From NCBI GenBank assembly GCA_009914755.4, contig CP068257.2:26336001-26400000 (forward strand): DNA of 64,000 nt. The letters are read 5' to 3'. The notes under the pieces were generated by a model that worked only from the letters and a program-made list of their open reading frames with translations, did no database searches and had not been told where the DNA came from. This document shows positions 1 to 16,989 of this stretch, in pieces (position 1 is the stretch's first letter; every line of letters begins with the position of its first letter). The translations under genes were made by a program, and so were the position numbers. This stretch comes from the human T2T-CHM13v2.0 reference genome, Homo sapiens.

Positions 1-1095
<1,095 letters not shown>

Positions 1096-1583
1096 TTGAA
1101 TTAGTCGTAAATTGGCTGGATTTTGCATTGGTGATTTCTACATTTCTGATGACAAATGAGCAAGTTGAATTAGAGTAGATGAGTTGATGACAGTTGGTGA
1201 CACTGTTGCTTTGCACTTCTATATACTTGAATGAGCCATCTGATGTTTCAAATACTAAATGTAACCATTTATTAAATGAACTTAGCTAGACTTACATAAC
1301 CTAAGGTTTGGATGGAACCTTATAAAGATCTTGTCACCTACATTTTTTCTTCACAGATTACTACAAAGGTGGTGGGGGGAGAGAGAGTGAGACAGAGAGA
1401 GAGAGAGAGAGAAATCATAAAATCTAATGTGATTACATACATAATTTTTCCCAGCAAGTTATTATGGCTATCACTACAAGAAAGATTGCAGATTCACGTT
1501 ACATTAGTATCCTTCTTTCTGCTTAAAATAGAAATAGCACATGATTTATTTATTTAAAGGAACTTATGTATCCTATATATAAT

Positions 1584-1949
1584 TGATATGGTTTGGCTGG
1601 GTCCACACCCAAAACTCATCTTGAATTGCAGCTCCCATAAATCCCACATGCCATGGGAGGGAACGAGTGAAAGGTAATTTAATCAGGACGGCAGGTTTTT
1701 CTCATGCTGTTCTCTTGGTAGTGAATAAGTCTCACGAGATCTGATGGTTTTATAAAGGGCAGTTCCCCTACACATGCTCTCTTGCATGCCACCATGTAAG
1801 ATGTGCCTTGCTCCTCCTTCACCTTCCACCATGACTGGGAGGCCTCCTCAGCCATGTGCAACCATGAGTCCATTAAATCTCTTTTCTTTATAGATTGCCC
1901 AGTCTCAGGTATTATTACTTCATAGTAGCATGAAAATGGACTAATACAA
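1584..1949 (+). mobile_element. MaLR solo LTR (THE1/MST family)
   Basis: Begins tgatatggtttggctg…cccaaaactcatcttgaattgcagctcccataa…, ends …cagtctcaggtatt…ctaatacaa, as in the THE1 LTR consensus; no MaLR internal sequence follows. Confidence 0.8.
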
Positions 1950-2317
1950 TAATGAATGACAAAAGCACATATTTTATAAACTTCTTTGCAATAAGATTAA
2001 TGAGAGGTCTTTTGCTGGTAAAATAAAAAGTTTTATTATATCAAAACCTCATTTGTAAACTGGTTTTTAATTTAAAGGTAACTTTATGCACCTCAGTATT
2101 CTTTTATAAGAAGATGTAACACATGTTCTTTACACTGGGCATTGAAATATCTATAGTATTAGAGTCTTGAACTATCTCCTCTCTCCCTTTTTCTCATTCA
2201 TAAATTCCTGATATATACAATGATTTGTTTCATTAAGTCTATAACCGGAAACTTATGCTTGATGAGAAACCTTTTAGGAAGTGTTTGTCTGAAGCTATCT
2301 ACATAGCTTATTGCAAT

Positions 2318-2750
2318 GATTAATTTTTGTGTCAATTTTACTGGGCCATGGGGTGCCCAGAAATTTGGTCAAATATTATTCGGAGCATTTGTGTGGGGGA
2401 GTTTTTAAATAAGTTAAATATTTAATTTGGTAGACTTTGAGTTAAGTAGATTGTCCTTGTTAATGTAGGTGGGCCTCATTCAATCAGTTGAAGGGCTGAA
2501 GGGAACAAAATCACTAGTTTCTTCAAAGCAAGAGAGAACTCTAAAGCAGACTGCCTTCAGATTAGAACTGTACCACTGGCTTTCCTGAGTCTCCTCTGTC
2601 AGCTCACCTTGCAGATTTTGGACTTACTAGCCTTCATACGACATGAGCCAATTCCTTACTATAAATCTCTTTGCATGTGTGTGACCCAACCTCTTTCCCC
2701 TCCAACACACACCCTATTAGTTGTGTCTTACTGGAGAACTGTGACTATCA
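2318..2750 (+). mobile_element. ERVL-type LTR fragment (MLT2-like)
   Basis: ctgggccatggggtgcccagaaatttggtcaaatattattc … gtgggcctcattcaatcagttgaagg … gccaattccttactataaatctc … ctattagttgtgtcttactggagaactgtgactatca matches MLT2/ERVL LTR landmarks; the 5' part of the LTR looks missing. Confidence 0.55.
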
Positions 2751-4075
2751 TACTCAGTTTATATACGATGGAGAGGTAATTTTTACTGTCACTTTATAAT
2801 AACTGATTAATGCTGTCAGCTGTGAATTTTAGTGAATTAAAACTCATATCAAGGGGGGCAAATACAAAAGCTTTGAGTATGAAATAGTTTTGGTACAAGT
2901 ACAAAGGAAATACAAACTGTCAATGTCTGAGATATTTTTAACACACCAAAAGTTGTACAGAAACAATTAATAAAGATTGAAACAAAGGAGGAAATTGACT
3001 TTGTTTTGAGGTGATTATGTGGGAGTCAGTGAGAAACATGCAGTTTGTGACCCTAAAATTTTCTTTGGATCACTTTGGTGTGAGAACTGCTATGTCACTG
3101 ATGGAGTTGGAGAAGGGTTTAGAGCCAAGTATGTATTCTTAATGATAGTGAGAAATCTGAGGAAATTGTTTAAAGGGACTTTTAAGAATTAAGTCTGGAA
3201 ATTCCTTGTAAAAAAAAAATTGAGGACAGTCAGGAGAAAATACCAGCAAATAAAGGGGACATTGAAACCATTCATTCAGATTAAATTTGTGCAGAATAAA
3301 TGTAGAGAAAAACAAAACTAAAAACTAATGCTTGAGGAATTACTCCAATCCAGTGGGAGGAGAAGAAAGAGAAGGTAGTGAAAGAAATAAACATTCAGAA
3401 AGTAAGAAAAGAATTAGAGATAGTCTAATGTAGCCAGAAGTACATATCCCAGACCTTAGAAAATGGTTTTCACCGTCTCAGATTTTTCTGAAGTAAATAT
3501 AAACAAATCCATTTTCTGTCTCTTCTTCCTTTAATTACATTATTATCCATTGGTCAAAGCAATATGAACCAATTCTAGTAGAAATTACATTGAAAGCTCC
3601 AATGAAATAGGATTTTCTTGGGAGTCACCCAAGAAATAGATTTTCTGAGCAGAGGTTTACACTTAGGTATGGTACTAATAAAGATTATCTGCAATAAGAT
3701 TGGCAATGACAAATTGCCTACTATAGTAATAGCTTCATTATATAGAATTATTACTTGGAAAATTAATTTTAATTGAAAACAATTTATCTGAGTGGTAGAA
3801 GTAAAAAGATTCTCCCGGCAGAGCTTATACCTGCTGTGTCTACTTAGCAGTGATTATTTCCCTAACTTTCTATTGACTCAAGGCTTTCTGTGCTCTATAT
3901 TTTCCTCATGCATATAAAATTATTTCCACAGATAGGAACACAGCATTTCTTTGCATTTAATCTTCATTTATAACCAAATTACTATATGAAACTTATATAT
4001 CTGCATCTCATTTGGGAAAAAACTGGTACTTGCAAGAAAGTTTATTGGCAATAAAAAGAATGTATTTAAATTTAC

Positions 4076-4097
4076 ACACACACACACACACGCAAAA
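4076..4097. repeat. (CA)n microsatellite
   Basis: acacacacacacacacacgc. Confidence 0.9.
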
Positions 4098-4633
4098 ATT
4101 CAGAATAAAGTCATCTCCTGATAGCTTCTCCCATTTACAATATTTGTTCAAGGAATGAAAACTACATATTCCTTATTAAAAACATTTTTCCTCCATTATG
4201 ATTTGAAATTGTCAAATAAGAGGAGTGGTCATATCCCAAATCAAAAATTCTTTTTGAGCTGCACTTCTCCCTGATTAAGTATTTAATCCTCACCTAAAGG
4301 TCTCTCTAAAGTTGAGGTCTTGAAAAATTCCTTCTTGGTGTATCTTCCAAATAGAAATGCACTGTTAAAGCTTTCGTACAATAAGAACACATTTGGAATT
4401 ACGTATCTGATTCATTGCTACAGTTTACAACTAGAACCTAGGAGTTTCCACTGAAAACTGAGATAATCACTCATGGTGATTTAAGAATCGTAACTTTTCT
4501 GGATGTTTCCTACTACCATCATATTTGTAGAAAATAGGAAATACCTGTTTTAAAAAGATTCCACAGAAATGTGTTTAATATATATCACTATGCACAAATA
4601 GATGCACAAATTTATACTGTCTTTTGTCATTGA

Positions 4634-5310
<677 letters not shown>

Positions 5311-5692
5311 TTTGAAACTGCAATCCCTTTTCCCAAAAATCCCCACTTTTCCCACTTTCTGAATTAAGCTCACACAGCAGGTTGGCATTTAAGACATACC
5401 ACTCTCTGGGAAAAAACCCTCAATTTTACCACATATCTATAGCCTATAGATTAACTGGATCATTATTATTATTCATCAGTTTTTAAGCCCACCTCATTGA
5501 ATATATGAGACTCTCAAGATTAGAAGATGGGACGGCATTCTCTAGGAAAACTGTCTTCTGGATCAAATGACACACCAATTTCAAGATCTTCCTGATTCCA
5601 TCAGTTACTCCCTTTTTCCATCAACTGTCTTTGTGTGTTTCTTTCCTCGGATTGAAGATATTTACATTTCTGATTGACATCAATATAATTAT

Positions 5693-5993
5693 TTTTTTTT
5701 TCCGAGACAGGGTCTAACTCTGCCGCCCAGGCTGGAGTGCAGTGGTAAGATCTCGGCTCACTGCTACCTCCACCTCCTGGGTTCAAGCGATTGTCTTACC
5801 CTCAGCCTCCCGAGTAGTGGGGACTATGGAGCATGCCACCATTCCTGGCCTGATATATATATTTTAGTAGAGACAGAGAGATGGGGTTTTGCCATTTAGG
5901 CTAGGCTGGTCTCCAACTCCTGACCTCAGGTGATCCGCCTGCCTCAGCCTCCCAAAGTGCTGGGATTACAGGTGTGAACCACCAAGGCTGCCC
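5693..5993 (-). mobile_element. Alu, antisense, full length
   Basis: poly-T 5693-5701 then ccgagacagggtctaactctgccgcccaggctggagtgcagtgg … gcctcccaaagtgctgggattacaggtgtgaaccacc. Confidence 0.9.
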
Positions 5994-7216
5994 TCTTATA
6001 ATCATTGTGATACGCATATTACCTTCAAAATTTATGCTAATGGAACTGAATTGCTTGTAAATCATGAATGAATGGCTTGTAAAATCATCCTACAATGAAA
6101 TATTCATTGGAATTTTTTTTCTGTCCTGACTCACAGCTGCATAAGAGAATTAGAAACAGTCAATGACATGGATATTTTATGTGCATGTTATCAAATAAAA
6201 TTATATTTTTTAAAAATAGCACATTTGATATCACATATACATATATTAAGCCAGGATAACTTTAAGAAAATGATACCAGTTATCATTACTCTTTATCTCA
6301 TTTATCTGAAGAAAATGCACTTGAGGCATAGGAATCTCTCCTCCCTATTACAGGGGATGCAAGCAAGAAACACATTTTGTTCTTGTGAAAGACTTAATGG
6401 GAGGAAAAAACAGAGGCTGGAAAGCCCTAATCTGACCTTCAAACAAAAAAGTCCTTTGAAAATAATGAAGTAAGTAATTTCCTCCCCTCTATTGGCAATG
6501 CCATCTCAATCTCTAAGAATTTCCTATTCACTCCTTGACCTTTCCAATGAGGTCATCACCAAAGGAAATGTCTTACTTCAAGAGTAAGAGCAGACTTTAA
6601 AGATCTTAAACAATTTCAGAGTATAGACCTTGTTAGATCCTGTTCTCTTGAAGGGAAAGAGTAAGCAAGAGTTTTTTGCCAAAGAAATAACTTCTCAATG
6701 AATTTCAAAGCACTTGTGTGTGTTCGGAAAGTAAAAAGCTGGACTCCATATAAATTCTAACATTTCAATACATTTTACATTGCCTACATCTTGAAATAAT
6801 ACTTTAGCTACTGAGGATTGTCATTTATTGATAAGGCTACATCTGATTTAGGAACTTATACTATTAAAAAAAAACAGAAGAAATGTTGAGCTGAAAAAAG
6901 TATAAACTTTTCTCAAATAAAATATGTCCTTTTGACTACATGGTTTCACCTTATTCAAAGGGCAATTATTTTCTATAAATCTATATATGTTTGCAATTTA
7001 TATGAAAGTTTTAGAAAATAATTTATGTTGCTCATATATAAGTAGCTACAGTGTTAAAATTTCTATTATATTATTTTACTTTTTAAAATAATTTGTATCT
7101 GATTTATGGTGTGCAAGACTTAAGATGAGAATTTAGTGAATTATATTTATGTCATACAGAACAGCAAAAAAGATAAATATATAAATAAATGATGAGATAT
7201 ATGATATTCTAGTCAT

Positions 7217-7563
<347 letters not shown>

Positions 7564-9808
7564 TTAAGAAACTGAGGAAATGATAATTTTTTTAAAAATT
7601 GTATCAGCTTTCTTTGTGCTGATATTAAATCAGAACTGTTCTAAACATGATTCTCATATAATTGGTTACTATTTTAAAATGACAGATATTGAATGTGTTA
7701 ATAAACCTTTCTGAAGCCATCTTATTTCATGGCCCCTCAGAAGTAGAATCTGAACACAAGATTTGAGAGCGAGTGATGCAATAAAGAAGTTCTGCCAAAA
7801 GAAACCACTCAGAAAGTGTAGGAAATACAACTGGAAAAAACAAGTCAAGCAAGGCTATGATTTCAGGTGAGGCACCAGCCTCAGTCTGACTGGATGGGGA
7901 GCTCTGGAGGGTAAATTGCACTTTATAGTTGGTCCTATGGGGAATCAAGTGTGCTGTGCTGTTGTATTCCACTAAGCATTCATTAGCTATGGGCCATAAG
8001 CTGTCCACAGACAACTCAGCTCTAAAAAGATAATCTGTCCTCGAAACTTTCCATGCCAGTCTTTACCAGCAAAGCACAGAGAGCCTAAGGAGCGGTCACA
8101 CAGTTCCTATGGGGGATCCACGGTTTTTACATGAGGCACCAACATTGTCTACTCTAGGAAGCATATTGAATTTTAATTAGCAATTCTAAGAATTGCTCAT
8201 AATATTGTTGCAGATACCACCAGCCGCCTACCCCAGAACCATTCACCACTGCTACGACCACCACCATCACTGACACCACCACCTGTAGCTCTCTTACCCT
8301 TTGCTGATTTAGCCTGATATTATTAAAGTGTTTACCTTTACACGATGCACTTTTAACTATTAGAATGATTATTGGTTTTACCCAGCCATATAAGTGGCAT
8401 TTTCCTTCACAGTGGTTAGTTTAAAGTTAGCAAGAAACTTAATCTTCTTGATTTTTCAAGGAAAATGTATCCACATTTTCCACCCTAATAAAAAAAAATG
8501 CACAGAAGAAAATATTCTTCATGACAACATCATCATGCCTGCATGCATTGACAGAAATTACTAAGGTCATGTTGCCATCATAAGTGGCAACAAAATATAC
8601 AGTCTACAGATAGCAAAGTAAATCATGGAAAGCCACAAAGGTTTGGGTGAGACTTCTGGGCCACTGTAATCTCCGCAGAGCTGGATTTTTATTAAGCAAA
8701 TAAAAAAACTAAATAATTGTCAATTGGGTCTTCTGTGTTAGCAAATGCATTTTTATTAATATAATAATAGCTGTCAAGCTATTGGCCTTTATAAAGAGCC
8801 TACAATGTGCCAGCTATATTTATAAGTACTTTACATATATCAATTCATTCTGGTGAAAGAGAACACATCCCATAGCTGCTAATAAATATCATAATTGTCA
8901 CATATAATCAAGATATTTGGCTCCTATTGAAAACGTTCAAATTATGTTGTGTTGCTCACTGAAGTTACTATACATTATCACTACTACTTCCAGCAAAAAC
9001 TATAGGGAGGAAACAGCAGATTATGTTTAAGTAATGTAAATAGCCATCTTAGTAAAATACTTACATAATATGTGTTTTTGATTTTCTTAATAATAGTCTT
9101 GTGCAGAAAAACTTTTTATAATTTAGAAGAATACTAAACTAACTATTGAAAACATTTGTATGTCTGTTTTCATCTCCTATATTTTTCCAGGCAATATGAG
9201 CAGAATACTAACCACAGAGTTTTCAAAGCCATATCAAACATAATCAATATGTTTGTGAAATCAAAGCACAAACATTCAAATTTCTGATATTTAATATACA
9301 AAGCGTATCTATACAATTTATAATTTGATAAATTTTACATGCTTATTCTTTCTCTGAATGTATTACATAATTACATGAGATATATTAACTCATATGCTAC
9401 AATATTTCATTTAAGAATAGTGTCCTCTTCAAAATCGATTTGGGAATACTTACAGCTTGATTTAGCTCGACTGAATAAATGAAAATCTTAGAAGTTTAAT
9501 TGTTGCTAGATCCAGTGAGAAAAACTATCCGGTATGGTACCTTTGCCTGCTATTATTCTTCTCTATTTATCTTTATTAGTATTCTAGAGTTATTAAGAAT
9601 AGATTATAATTGAAATACGAGAAGTCCTGGGAAAACTTCATGGGCAGCCACCTAACCACTTTTTTTATATTCTACCGAAACTGGCTTTAAGGAAGAACGA
9701 TCAGAGTACATACTTTAATTACAAGCAGAAGAACAGAGTAACTTTAACTTTATGATATTCAGTATTTTTTTATTCTAATCTTTATGTGACCCTGAAAATT
9801 TGAATTCA

Positions 9809-10127
9809 GGCTGGGTGTGGTGGCTCATGCCTGTAATCCCAGCACTTTAGGAAGCCCAGGTGGGTGGATCCCCTGAGGTCAGGAATTCAAGGCCAACCTG
9901 GTCAACATGGCGAAACCCTGTCTCAATTAAAAATGCAAAAATCAGCTGGGTGCAGTGGCACGTGCCTGTAATCCCAGCTACTTGGGAGGCTGAGGCAGGA
10001 GGATCACTTGAACATGGGAGGCAGAGATTGCAGTGAGCTCAGATCATGCCACTGCACTCCAGCCTGGGAAACAGAGCGAGACTCCATTTCAAAATAAAAA
10101 GTAAAATAAAATAAATAAATAAATAAA
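9809..10127 (+). mobile_element. Alu, sense, with (AAAT)n-type tail
   Basis: ggctgggtgtggtggctcatgcctgtaatcccagcactttagg… ; tail aaaataaaaagtaaaataaaataaataaataaataaa. Confidence 0.9.
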
Positions 10128-13100
10128 TTCATCTTTCTGAGAGTTAAAGCTAATGTCTATAAATTTTGGTTGATAATTAATAATATTTATCTGTGACTTC
10201 ATAAAGAGTTAAAGGATGAATATAAAAGAATATGATTGCCTTAGTGTGTGAATCTCATGTGGTAAGCACACTTGATAAATGTCAGATCCTCTCAGTTATT
10301 TTTTTCTTTGCGACTCAGAGCCCACAGTAGGTGGAAATACCAATACCAAATTACCCTACGGAGACTAAAAACAGGACTAAAGGAGTTAAAGATATGAACT
10401 TCAGTATCTTGCGGGAGCTAAGATTTTAATTTATGCTGAGATGTAAAAAAACTGACCTGATGTATTTTATTCCACAAGGGTATTTGAATTTTAAAGGATA
10501 AACTTTTACATAAATGTTATTATATATGTTTATCCAAAATATTCGAGGACAGAGTAGAACTTTCATAGAGGAGGAATTTTCCCACGGTGGTGAAAGGCAG
10601 TGTGCCACGCGGAGGGCTGCAGGGACAGTAGTATAGAAGGGCTAAACGGTGGTGAGAGTGTTGGAACATTCTCACGTAGCTGACACATAAACTGTAAATG
10701 GGATGTGAGACAAGAAAAGCAAAGGCTAGGCTTTGAAAGTGAGGGCCAGACTTCAAAAATCTTGTATGAAATAAAATAATAATTAATAATAATGGTTGAC
10801 ATACAGATTTCAAATGGCACTCCAAGGCACTATGTCTTGGAGTATCAAATTTAGTTTAAGACTGAGAGTAGGATTATACGAGTAGGAGATGCATCCTATT
10901 CACATGAAAATAAAGAGAGACATTGAGGAATAGAATGAAAAATTAACTTGAATAGTATGAAACTTCAGAGAGTGGTAAGTACCGCAGTTATAGAAGGTAA
11001 TCATCACCCTTATTGATAAATGAAGAAACTAAGTTTAGATGGTCAAGATAATTTTCCCAGGATTATGTAACTGACAAGTCAGAGAACGGGAAATTTACCT
11101 ATCTAAGCTTTGTTTTTTCCAAAACGATGCACTGTATGTTAAGAAAATAAATTTTTAGACAAAAGTAACAAGTCAATTGAGCATTTAAAATAGCTAAAAG
11201 CTACAATCACACAGACACACATACACACACACACACATATCCAACAACAAGGAAGGTAGAGGTATTTTGGCATTTGAAATTATCCTAGTAAGAAATGATA
11301 AATGTCTGAAATAGTGTAGAATTATTTCCCTTTACTGTCAGAGGCTAAATTGATGTTGGAAACATTACTTTCTTTGATAATAAAGTATTGTCATTATTAA
11401 GTGTTTATAAGGTATATGTGAATAAATCACATAGTTACTTTTAAAGGTAACTCATGCTGGTGAAAAGATATGGAGAGGCAAAAAAGCCAATGTTTTAAAG
11501 TTTTAATATATTTTTAAGTGTATGAAGCAACCAATTTATTTTGATATAATCAGTGGTGAAAGTAATGGCATCAAGCATCCGTGGAGGCTTTTAATGAGAA
11601 TCATGTGCTATGTAAAGCTGTTGGACAGAGTTTAAAGGATCAGAATGTTGGAGGATATAAAAAAAAAAAATGGCAAATGCCCAGTTGCTTTTGTAAGGGA
11701 TTTTAAATTAAAGCAGCAAACCTTTTAAAGCATCACACAGTGGGCAAAATGAAAATGAAAGCTAATTAACCTGAATTATTTTTCAGTTGTACAATTTTGC
11801 AATAATCTTCCATGGAGTTCATGACCAGAGGATGACTAGACCTTGAGAAGTATTTGAAGAAGGGGTCAAGGTGGGAGCCAAGGCAACCATCTGAAACAGC
11901 TGGCCTGCCTGGGCATGTCTGAGCCAGATGTCTACTTCTGGTCCAGAGTTAGAATTATGTATAAAATCAGGTACTGGGAACAATTTATCTATGTTAAAAA
12001 GATGTGTGTGTGTGAATGGATGTATATACGTGTGCTATAAGAACAGAAAATAGTATCTTAATTGTAATAGAAGAAACTTGGACAGCATGTTTCAAAAGCC
12101 TTAAAATTCATATCATTTTACACATTATTTCAATTCTTACTAATTTATATTAAAGATATCATTAGAGCGAATATGAGTATTTATTACTATACTGTTTATT
12201 GCCATTTTATTTATAATAACAAAACATTCCAATCATTTTAATTGTTAGTAGTAGGGGAATGGTGAAACAATTCATGGAATATTCAAGAAATAAAATGTGT
12301 GCAGCCATGAAAAGTCATGCAATAGAAAAATATTTAATGACACAGGTGTAGAGTAAAACTAAAAATTATTATAAATAATCACATCTACAAATTGTTAGTT
12401 TAAAAGTATATTTAAGGAATTTATATCCAAATTATATATGTATTTATAAAAAGACAAGAAATACACAAAATATTTTAGATTATATTATCCAAATGGAGTT
12501 ACATGTACTTTTTTGTTTACGTTATGCTATTAGAAATTTACTCATTTTTATAAAATAAAATTGTTTTTTATTTTACTAAAAATACTGTTTTGAGATATCA
12601 ACAGTTGGGGAAAATGTGTTAGCAAAGAACTAAAAGAAAGCTGTATAAGCATAAGAAATACATTTTTACTTCAGCCTAAAACTAAGCCCTTAACATTCCT
12701 TAACTGAGGAATGTCAACCATCTCATTACATTTCCTTAGGCTGCAAAATATGTAAGTATACCTCTCTTTTCCTATTGTGCTTTTATGAAAATAATCTCTT
12801 TGGTATTCTGGTATTCTTTTATGACATATCAATTTTAAAAAATAAAGTTGTGTATCCACCAACACATTTTCATACATTGGCACATGGTATTTATAACTCT
12901 AAAGCCAAAGTGGGCACAGACTAGGACCTGCTGAAGCAGGGAATCTGAGTCTCACAGGGCGGCTTCAACCTCTATGACCATCTAAGAATCTTTTGGAATG
13001 ATCCCCATCAGCAATGTATAATTGTACACATTTTACCATGCCCACACTAACACCAGAAATTATCTTTAATAATATTTTAAATGCATGAAATACTTATTAA

Positions 13101-13987
13101 AATAATTTTGAAGAATAAAAATATATAATAAATATTTTGTAATAGATATATCCTGCAATTATGTTGTGGAAGAAAAGTACAATAAGGAAAGAAACCCAAA
13201 ATGGTGACAACTTTGTTTTTAAGAGTGAATGAGTATATATGTGAAGGAAAAAAGAAGGGAGAGGGAGAGACAGAGAGAGAGAGGGAGCACAGGTAGGAAG
13301 AGGAAGAGAAGGAACAGAGAAGAAAGAATTAGATCTCCCTTTTGTTGGTTGATAATTTAATTAACTACCTTTCTTAGGAATATATTATACATTCAGTTGA
13401 ATAAATAGAATGACAGATAGTAAAAAATATTCAGTGTAACATAATGTCCAATATAGTCTAATTCCAGTTTTCTAGCTGATAGTCCTGGGAGTCCTAGAGA
13501 GAGAAGACTGAGGGAAAGAGAAATCCCTCCTCCTGACTGCTTCCCAGTGACTTATGAGTGAAGGTATTAAAGCCAAATACGGTCTTTCTGTGTTTTCCAT
13601 GTTCCACCTCTTTTCAAGCATTTGTGTGAGAACCAGGGACACCTTAAGGGAGAAGGGAATGGTGACACTGCCCTTCTCCTTTTTCCTCTAAAATTTCTGA
13701 TTGTAGTAAATGGCTTCATTCAAAGTTAACCTTGCATTAAATATATTTCAAAATATATCAACTTGGTAATGCAAATATACATGAAAAGAAAATAGTTTAC
13801 TCATGTAGTTTATGGCATAGTGATGCTAAAATGAGTTAATATTTATTTTATGAAAGAATACTTGTACATATAGAATTTATTATTAATTAATACTAAACAT
13901 TTACTGATTAATAATTCGGATGGTTTTGATTTAATGAAGTGTTTCATACATGTGTATACGTGTGTGTGTGTCTGTATATATATGTTT

Positions 13988-14017
13988 TGCTCTGGGCAAC
14001 AAGAGCGAAACTCCGCC
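13988..14017 (+). mobile_element. short Alu 3'-end remnant plus A/T-rich tail
   Basis: tgctctgggcaacaagagcgaaactccgcc resembles the Alu terminus cctgggcgacagagcgagactccgtc; followed by ataataataattaatgaattaat. Confidence 0.4.
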
Positions 14018-14049
14018 TATAATAATAATTAATGAATTAATTTAATTAA

Positions 14050-14350
<301 letters not shown>

Positions 14351-16989
14351 TACTCATACGTCTATATTTGTTGCAGAAAATGATAAAGCGTTCAATAAAA
14401 TAATTCTATGCAGTAGAATAAATTTTTTGTGGAAGTGAAATAGAACTATGCGTTCAAAGAAAAAAAAGAACAGTCAAAGATTTCCAGATGCTACGAATGA
14501 ACATGTTCATGAATAATTCTATATGGATGATGGCAGGGATGAAACTGCCATTATATTTTCAATTTCATCGAATATGTTGTTAAAATTGATAGATTTTATT
14601 TCAAAATATTTCTGTTTATAATGTACCAAAGATTATACACCATTTACAACTATTACAATGAAAACATTTAAATGTCAACCTAAAACATTTACAAGTGAGT
14701 TCCTAGTTTTTGAAAATTATATAAAAGGCAATTGAAAAAAGAAAAAAACACTGTCTTGGAACACATATATCCCTGTAACCATCCACCTAGAATTTGGTAA
14801 GTTCAATGGGAAAGGCTTTCCAGTATTCATATTTGTGGACCCATGTTTTAGCTGAGTGGTAGGAATACAGTTATTTCATTTCTGAGTGTTGAATAAATAT
14901 AGTGTCATATTTGAGTGAAGATTATAGGACTTAGAAGATCTAGAAATCATAACATCCAAAACAAGCTATAGGCAAGATTTTCACTTCTATAATTCTTGGT
15001 CTTCATTCATAAAAATCGAGACCACATTAATGCTTACTTCAAAGGAGCTGAATGTCAGCAGAGGCTAAAAAATGTAGTTTACTGGATCATATTAAGAATT
15101 ACAAGTTTTATTTGAAAGAATATTTCCATCTAAATTATCGTTCTAAACATCTAAAGAATGTGTCAAGCATAAAGACTAGTCTATCTAGCTGAAGTACAGA
15201 GAAGGAATTGTAGAGAGTAGAGGTTAGTGGGGAGGCTAATTAATAGGTTGTCATGTCAGTACAAGTGAGACGATAAGTCTAGCTTGCACTAGGATGCTGA
15301 CATCAGAGAAGGAGACAAATAGATTCAAGAGGAATTGGCAGATAAGTGTCTCAGAATATACTGATGAATGCAAATGAGGACAATTTACGGACAGCCAGAA
15401 TTCTGGTCTAAACAGCTAGGTAGGTGGTGGTGCCACGTAACAGGAGGGATCATTGAGGGATACAGGAGAATCAGGTTTAAGGGTGAAAATCATGATTATA
15501 ATATTGGTTAGGTTCAGTTGAACCAGTCTTTTGGAAATGGAAGTGAATGTGTGAAGGTAATTGAGTATCAAGCTGGAGATCAGACAGGATGTTCTGATGC
15601 TACAGATGTTGACGAAAAAGTCACTGTTATTAGAATGCTCTCCTGCTTTCTACTAACAGAGATAAGAACTGAAGTCATTTGCATGGAGTCAGTGGAGGCA
15701 AAGAACTTCAGGTGTAGACTCTGAGGATCATTAAGTTGAAAATACTTATTGTGTAGGGTGGATGAACACATTATCTAGAGTAACAATGTGCTGAGAGTAA
15801 TTGCAAACCCTCAACCTCAATCCAGAGGTTGAATGAAGCTGAAAATAGTTTGTTGGAGGCTGGCCTCCATTACCAGGGAACATAGAGACCTCACATTAAT
15901 TAGTGTGCATTTTTGAAATTCTAATAGTCTTTCTTGGTTGAGCAGTTAAAACAAATCAAAACAAAACAAAAAACCTCATTATTCACTGAAAGTTGCTAAT
16001 AGAAGATATGGGCTTATATCTGAATAATCTCCATATGGATTTATACCTGAATTCCACCTGTCCTAAAAAATATAATAACCTTTGTGTTTGTGTGTGAAAG
16101 TAATGTATAAATTCCTGGAGTTAAAACAAACTAACAAAAAAGAAGTAATTCAATCTGGGAAATCAAAAGCTGATGTATATGTGTGTGGATAAGTGTGGAG
16201 TGACAGGAGTTAGAAGTAGGGGAGGCGTATCAGCATCTGTGGAAAGGGACTTCTAGTCATATCAATTGAAGGAAAGTTTGGAGGAAAGCTTTGGAGCTCT
16301 ATTCCTGTCTTTTGATACTAACTTAAGAGGATAATTGCCCTTCCATTCATTATGGAAATCCGAAACAAGAGGCCAGGTTACTCAATGATACTGAGTAAAA
16401 CCAGGACAGCATAATAACATTAATGTATTAATGTAGTAAGGAGCTGATACCAACCACACCTGAATAACAAGTTTTCCTTCTGTGAGTTTTCCTTTCCATG
16501 CCATTATCCTTTCAATCTCAAAGATAATGGGGTGGAAGGGGGGAAGCTAAGAAGATATTCTCCTCTCTCAGTCTGGTCCCAGGGAGGAAAAACTTTTGAT
16601 ATTTGTATGCATGGGGTCTTCTCTGATACAGTATCTAGAAAAGAGCAAGAAAAGCTGAGGTAGGTATAAAGATTAAATGAACAGCATTGCAGTTGCCACA
16701 GTAATGTCAGCCAATCCCATAAGGAATTCTAGAGCCCTTTAGAGATATCACTAATTGAGACCAGGGAGCCAGGCCTTTGAATGCTGCAATGACCAATTAT
16801 TGGACACCAATCACCGGACACAGGGAAAGAGATGGGATAGTTCCCTTAGGTTGAGAACAATTTCTGACAAGGGATGCAGGCAACACTGCCAGTAGGTAAG
16901 AAAATAAGGGCCCCCATCCTGAAGGATGACATAAACAGCACCTCATTATAACCACTACATTTTCTTTCAGGTTACTCTTTTCTTTCAAA

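Noticed and set aside
6168-6473. 101-aa ORF (MDILCACYQIKLYFLKIAHL…)
   Set aside because: AT-rich Ile/Lys/Leu-biased translation typical of random AT-rich DNA; no motifs.
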